Assembly: GCA_964510165.1 (NCBI GenBank)
Contig: CAZEBC010000145.1
Coordinates: forward strand, 1-10,390
Direction: 5' to 3'
DNA from: an uncultured bacterium
GTDB taxonomy: Bacteria; Abyssobacteria; SURF-5
Length of the DNA stretch: 10,390 nucleotides
Part shown: positions 7,209 through 10,390 of the stretch, one piece after another
Layout: the number at the start of each line of letters is the position of its first letter
Numbering within the stretch: the first letter of the stretch is position 1
Position numbers and translations under genes: made by a program
The notes under the pieces: generated by a model
Seen by the model: the letters and a program-made list of their open reading frames with translations, nothing else
Told to the model about the DNA's origin: nothing
The model's database searches: none

Positions 7209-7961
7209 CTAACTCACCTTAAGCGCCAGTAGAGTCACGTCGTCAGTGAATCCGCCCTCGCAAATCTCTTCCAGATGGCGGACGAGCGATGTAACCATTG
7301 CGCGGGGGGCGGAATCTCGGTCGGTCACTCTCTGGCAGGCCTCGAGCAGGCCGTTAATATTCAAGCGCTCTTCCGTTTTTCTTCTGATGTCAAGAACGCC
7401 GTCGGTGTAGAACAGGAGCACATCGTCTTCATATAGCTTGGCCTTTGCCTGAATGTACTCTGTATCGCCCAGGATGCCCAGCGGCACGCCAGAATTGCGT
7501 TCGTCAACCGGTTGGAGAAACTGCCATCTTCCGCCCGTCGCACTGAGCCTCAACACCGTCGGATGACCCGCATACGCGTATATCAGGTCGCCCTTTTCAC
7601 CGTTATACGTTGCGGCGACCATCGTCACGAATCTGCCGTCCCGAAGCGTGCGACGCAACGCTTCATTCACGGACATCAGCAGCCTGCTGTTGTCCACCTC
7701 ATTCAGGTGCGCGCGCAACAGATTGCGCATCTCCTCCGCGAGCAACGAGACGACCTCGCCGTGCCCCGAAACGTCCGCGATCACGACCTTGGCGATGGTC
7801 TCGGGGTCGCACTGGCACAGATAATGAATATCGCCCCCCTTGCTCGAGTCGTACGGTATGCTCAACAGGTACCCCTTAAGCTTACCCACCTCCACGTCAT
7901 CGGCGACGCGCTTGTTGCCTCCCCAAATCTCGTTGCATACAAACTTTTTGCCAGGCGCCAT
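7209..7961 (-). CDS. PP2C-family (SpoIIE/RsbU-like) Ser/Thr phosphatase, stand-alone catalytic domain
   Basis: Motifs GGD, IADVSGHG, FVT, AGHP, PLG, YTDGV, DDVT. Short N-terminus with CNEIWGGN and no sensor domain. SD-like GAGGGGG upstream. Confidence 0.92.
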   Translation of the reverse strand: MAPGKKFVCNEIWGGNKRVADDVEVGKLKGYLLSIPYDSSKGGDIHYLCQCDPETIAKVVIADVSGHGEVVSLLAEEMRNLLRAHLNEVDNSRLLMSVNEALRRTLRDGRFVTMVAATYNGEKGDLIYAYAGHPTVLRLSATGGRWQFLQPVDERNSGVPLGILGDTEYIQAKAKLYEDDVLLFYTDGVLDIRRKTEERLNINGLLEACQRVTDRDSAPRAMVTSLVRHLEEICEGGFTDDVTLLALKVS

Positions 7962-8007
7962 GAGTCCCCCTCGTCGTCAACTCTTCACCCGTCGCTTCCA
8001 CGCCTCT

Positions 8008-8036
8008 ATTATGACCTTCCCTCACGGGCGTGGCAA
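8008..8036 (-). promoter_or_regulatory. Sigma70-type promoter for the phosphatase
   Basis: TTGCCA (8036-8031), 17 bp spacer, CATAAT (8013-8008). Confidence 0.65.
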
Positions 8037-8068
8037 TTCGGGCGATAAACCAGCCGGATCTGAGAAAC

Positions 8069-8097
8069 TTGACAGCGCGCCCTCCTTGGATTAAATT
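8069..8097 (+). promoter_or_regulatory. Sigma70-type promoter for the Zn-finger membrane protein gene
   Basis: TTGACA (8069-8074), 17 bp spacer, TAAATT (8092-8097); back-to-back with the phosphatase promoter. Confidence 0.7.
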
Positions 8098-8281
8098 AAT
8101 TGCCAGGTATAGGAGGTAGTTGACGGCTCATTGCACGGAGGAACTGTCCCGCAATTAAAATGTGCGGAGCGCTTGCCCGCAGGAGCGGATTCAATCGCGC
8201 GCTTCGCCGGGCATCCTTGTTCGCGGTTGTCCCGACAAGGCCGCACGCGCAAGATCGCGGGACGTTCTCAGGAGGGGGGTT

Positions 8282-8998
8282 ATGCAATGCGCGGCGCATG
8301 CCGACAAGAAATCATTGGGATACTGTAAGAAATGCGGGACCCTGGGCTGTGAGTTGTGTCTCACACGCGTAAACGTCACCGGTGGCAAGACCGGCAGGTC
8401 CACGGTAACCGAAATCCTCGTGTGCCGCGAGTGCCTGAGCAAGATCAGGCCCGACTTGCTGCCGCCGCAGCAAGCATCAAAGAAATCGTCCAAAGGCGTC
8501 TCTCGGGCGAGGTCCCGCAACTTCTTCAAACTAATCGGCGGCGCGGTCGCCGTCGCCATCTTCCTGGCCGCCGCCGTCGCCATCCTGCCGCGAATCAATG
8601 TGAAGAATCAACTCATGTCGGCCGACCAGATCGCGGCCGGAGCGCTTGAGGCGCTCTCCGCCGGGAACGTCAACAGATTCCTCTCGTACGTGGACGTGGA
8701 ATCGTTCATGTGCGCCATGGACTCGACCGGACTCACCCGCCGCGATTATGCCGAAGCCTCGCAAGAGCGGCGCTCTCAACTCATCTCCTCCCATGTAGAC
8801 CTGCTCATCAACGATTTCTTTGTGCGAGGAAACCTCAAGAAGAAGTTCGAGGTTGTCGACCGTGACATCAAGCAGGATTCCGCCTCGATGGCGGTGAAGC
8901 CGTGGATATTTTTCGGCAATAAACTCTACCAGAAACTTCTCCTTGAGAAGAAGCTGGGCGAGTGGAAGATATCCGGACTGGCCTCCCCCGATTATTGA
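8282..8998 (+). CDS. Membrane-anchored protein with N-terminal B-box-like Zn finger and extracytoplasmic NTF2-like domain (238 aa)
   Basis: SD AGGAGG (8270-8275) precedes ATG 8282. MQCAAH-x8-CKKC-x4-CELC...CREC, then a basic linker, a TM helix (LIGGAVAVAIFLAAAVAIL), and a C-domain ending LLEKKLGEWKI. The NTF2-like fold is inferred. Confidence 0.75.
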   Translation: MQCAAHADKKSLGYCKKCGTLGCELCLTRVNVTGGKTGRSTVTEILVCRECLSKIRPDLLPPQQASKKSSKGVSRARSRNFFKLIGGAVAVAIFLAAAVAILPRINVKNQLMSADQIAAGALEALSAGNVNRFLSYVDVESFMCAMDSTGLTRRDYAEASQERRSQLISSHVDLLINDFFVRGNLKKKFEVVDRDIKQDSASMAVKPWIFFGNKLYQKLLLEKKLGEWKISGLASPDY

Positions 8999-9036
8999 GC
9001 CAATCAATCACCCCTTCGTCAAGCAAGACGGCCTTC

Positions 9037-9082
9037 CCCCTCATCCCAACCCTCTCCCTCAGAGAGGGGGCAGGGTGAGGGG
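9037..9082. repeat. REP-like imperfect palindrome, copy 2
   Basis: CCCCTCATCCCAACCCTCTCCCTCAGAGAGGGGGCAGGGTGAGGGG; its reverse complement aligns with 5194-5238. Lies about 38 nt after the stop at 8998. Confidence 0.75.
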
Positions 9083-9125
9083 TTTCGGTTGCGGCTTGCC
9101 GCGTTGAACAATATCCGATTTCCAA

Positions 9126-9159
9126 ATCTGTAACTTATCTGTGACTTTTATGGTATATT
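9126..9159 (+). promoter_or_regulatory. 11-bp tandem direct repeat plus extended -10 promoter
   Basis: ATCTGTAACTT-ATCTGTGACTT (9126-9147) followed by TG-G-TATATT (9151-9159). Confidence 0.45.
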
Positions 9160-9300
9160 TTGGCATGTTATTGCCGGAATATACTCGGGGAGAGACATGC
9201 TAAACTTCATGCTCAATAGACTCCCTCCGCAGCCAGCGCGCGCCGTAACTCTATTGTTCACAACCAGTTTAGGAATCGCAGCGCTTCTTCATACCGCTGC

Positions 9301-10221
9301 ATGGCCCGACATGCTCGCGCTCCAGGAAAATTCATTCATGCAAAGAACGAATGCCAGAAGGTCCTTCAGCTTGAGCCTTTTAATATCGCGGCTCACCGCA
9401 CTCTCGCGCTCGTTTTCGAAAAACACTGCAATGACCTTCCACGGGCGCTCCATCACTACCAAAAATGCATGGAGCAGGGCGGACACAATCCGCATGTTGC
9501 CCGCCGTATCGAATATCTGCGAAGCCGCCTGCGTCCTCCGCAGCAGCCTATTCCCCGACCGGCCTCACCAGCAAAACGCGCGGGGTTCCTCCAAACAGTC
9601 AAGTCTCTTCTGCGCGCAGTGGACCAGGCGCGCATAGCAGCGGCCAAGAGCTTGCCCCGATTCCGGGTCGTTGCGGAAAAAACACTCCTGTCAACTGCGA
9701 TGTTTCTTGTCTGCCTCCAAAGCCTGCGCGTATTCGCGATCCTGTCGCCGCCAGCCGCGGCCACGGTTTCAATGGCAGTGGCGATCCTGACGGCGGCCCA
9801 GCCATGGGCAGGCGTCTACGCGGGCCTTGCGACTGTTGTCCTCCTCAGCGCATTCACCAACGCCCTGCTGGGATATCTGGCTGGGGCTGGCGCGTTGCTC
9901 CTCCTCTTGGCGTACCATCGAACGCATCCGGCAAGAGCGGTGCTGGTTTTGATGGTTCCTTTGCTGGCTAAGATGAACCTTGCATACGTAATCCCGCTCG
10001 GCGCAGGCCTGGTCCTCGGCCCTATCTCGGCTGCCGCCCTCGCCGCCGCCGCCTGTCTTGCCGGATTAGGCTACATGGCCGCCGGAAACATCCCTCAGCT
10101 CGGCCCGCTCGCAGCAACCTATCAAGGCGTCCCCATAAAGATTTCCCTGTTCTGCGGAAGCGTCGGCGACCTCTTTCAAGTCCAATTCACGCTCAGCACA
10201 GCAGGGGATAGGTTCCGGTGA
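9301..10221 (+). CDS. TPR-repeat polytopic membrane protein; start uncertain, possibly frameshifted or truncated
   Basis: TPR-like GKFIHAKNECQKVLQLEPFNIAAHRTLALVFEKHCNDLPRALHHYQKC, a Pro-rich linker, then several Ala/Leu-rich TM segments. No SD at 9301; the ATG with an SD (9197) is in another frame. Confidence 0.6.
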   Translation: MARHARAPGKFIHAKNECQKVLQLEPFNIAAHRTLALVFEKHCNDLPRALHHYQKCMEQGGHNPHVARRIEYLRSRLRPPQQPIPRPASPAKRAGFLQTVKSLLRAVDQARIAAAKSLPRFRVVAEKTLLSTAMFLVCLQSLRVFAILSPPAAATVSMAVAILTAAQPWAGVYAGLATVVLLSAFTNALLGYLAGAGALLLLLAYHRTHPARAVLVLMVPLLAKMNLAYVIPLGAGLVLGPISAAALAAAACLAGLGYMAAGNIPQLGPLAATYQGVPIKISLFCGSVGDLFQVQFTLSTAGDRFR

Positions 10222-10223
10222 GA

Positions 10224-10390
10224 CTACTTGCGCTTAAGTCTGGCCTCGATGCGCTCCAGCAGCGTGGTGAGTTCGTCGAGGTCCAGTTTGGCGAGAAATC
10301 CGCGTGGCTCGCGGATGTCAAGCAGGGTCTCGATCTTCCCGACGAGTTCGTCTTTGGTCAGCTTCTTGAGTTGCGCCTTGATGCGAACGT
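10224..10390 (-). CDS. 3' end of a small alpha-helical hypothetical protein (partial, not in the ORF track)
   Basis: Open frame ...VRIKAQLKKLTKDELVGKIETLLDIREPRGFLAKLDLDELTTLLERIEARLKRK* with strong GC3 bias. TAG stop at 10226-10224. Confidence 0.7.
   Translation of the reverse strand, partial: VRIKAQLKKLTKDELVGKIETLLDIREPRGFLAKLDLDELTTLLERIEARLKRK

Noticed and set aside
8139-8158. Cobalamin riboswitch (GGAACTGTCCCGCAA resembles part of the core)
   Set aside because: No upstream GGGAA or GGUG.AA.UCC, no ACUGU, no B12 box, and no B12-related gene downstream.
8104-8270. 6S RNA
   Set aside because: Length is compatible, but the ends do not form a closing stem, the fold is branched, and the usual zapA/ygfA context is missing.
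8162-8281. 40-aa N-terminal extension of the Zn-finger ORF as given in the ORF track
   Set aside because: A strong SD precedes ATG 8282, and MxCxxH is the natural start of this finger type.
9197-9637. Independent 146-aa gene
   Set aside because: It overlaps the TPR-coding frame; only its first codons may be real as a frameshifted N-terminus.
10173-10200. CRISPR repeat or IS end (CTTTCAAGTCCAATT...)
   Set aside because: Single occurrence, with no array, partner inverted repeat or transposase in the window.

Overview
GC-rich bacterial chromosomal window with eight coding regions. In order: a DUF2723/TMEM260-like GT-C membrane glycosyltransferase (start cut by the window edge); mgtE on the minus strand, with a strong sigma70 promoter and a long structured leader carrying a 42-codon uORF and a hairpin that hides the SD; a divergent PHP/DUF3604-like metallohydrolase, probably a lipoprotein; a cytoplasmic Ser/Thr kinase fused to a pseudo-receiver and a PilZ domain, preceded by a sigma54-type promoter and a palindromic candidate enhancer; a stand-alone PP2C/SpoIIE phosphatase; a B-box-like Zn-finger membrane protein behind a structured 5' leader; a possibly degraded TPR-membrane gene; and the 3' end of a small helical protein. 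Two related REP-like palindromes are present. No rRNA, tRNA, CRISPR array or transposase was seen. The best leads are the kinase-pseudoREC-PilZ plus PP2C module (possible c-di-GMP-gated phosphorylation) and the non-M-box mgtE leader. All family calls come from motif recognition by eye, not from searches.
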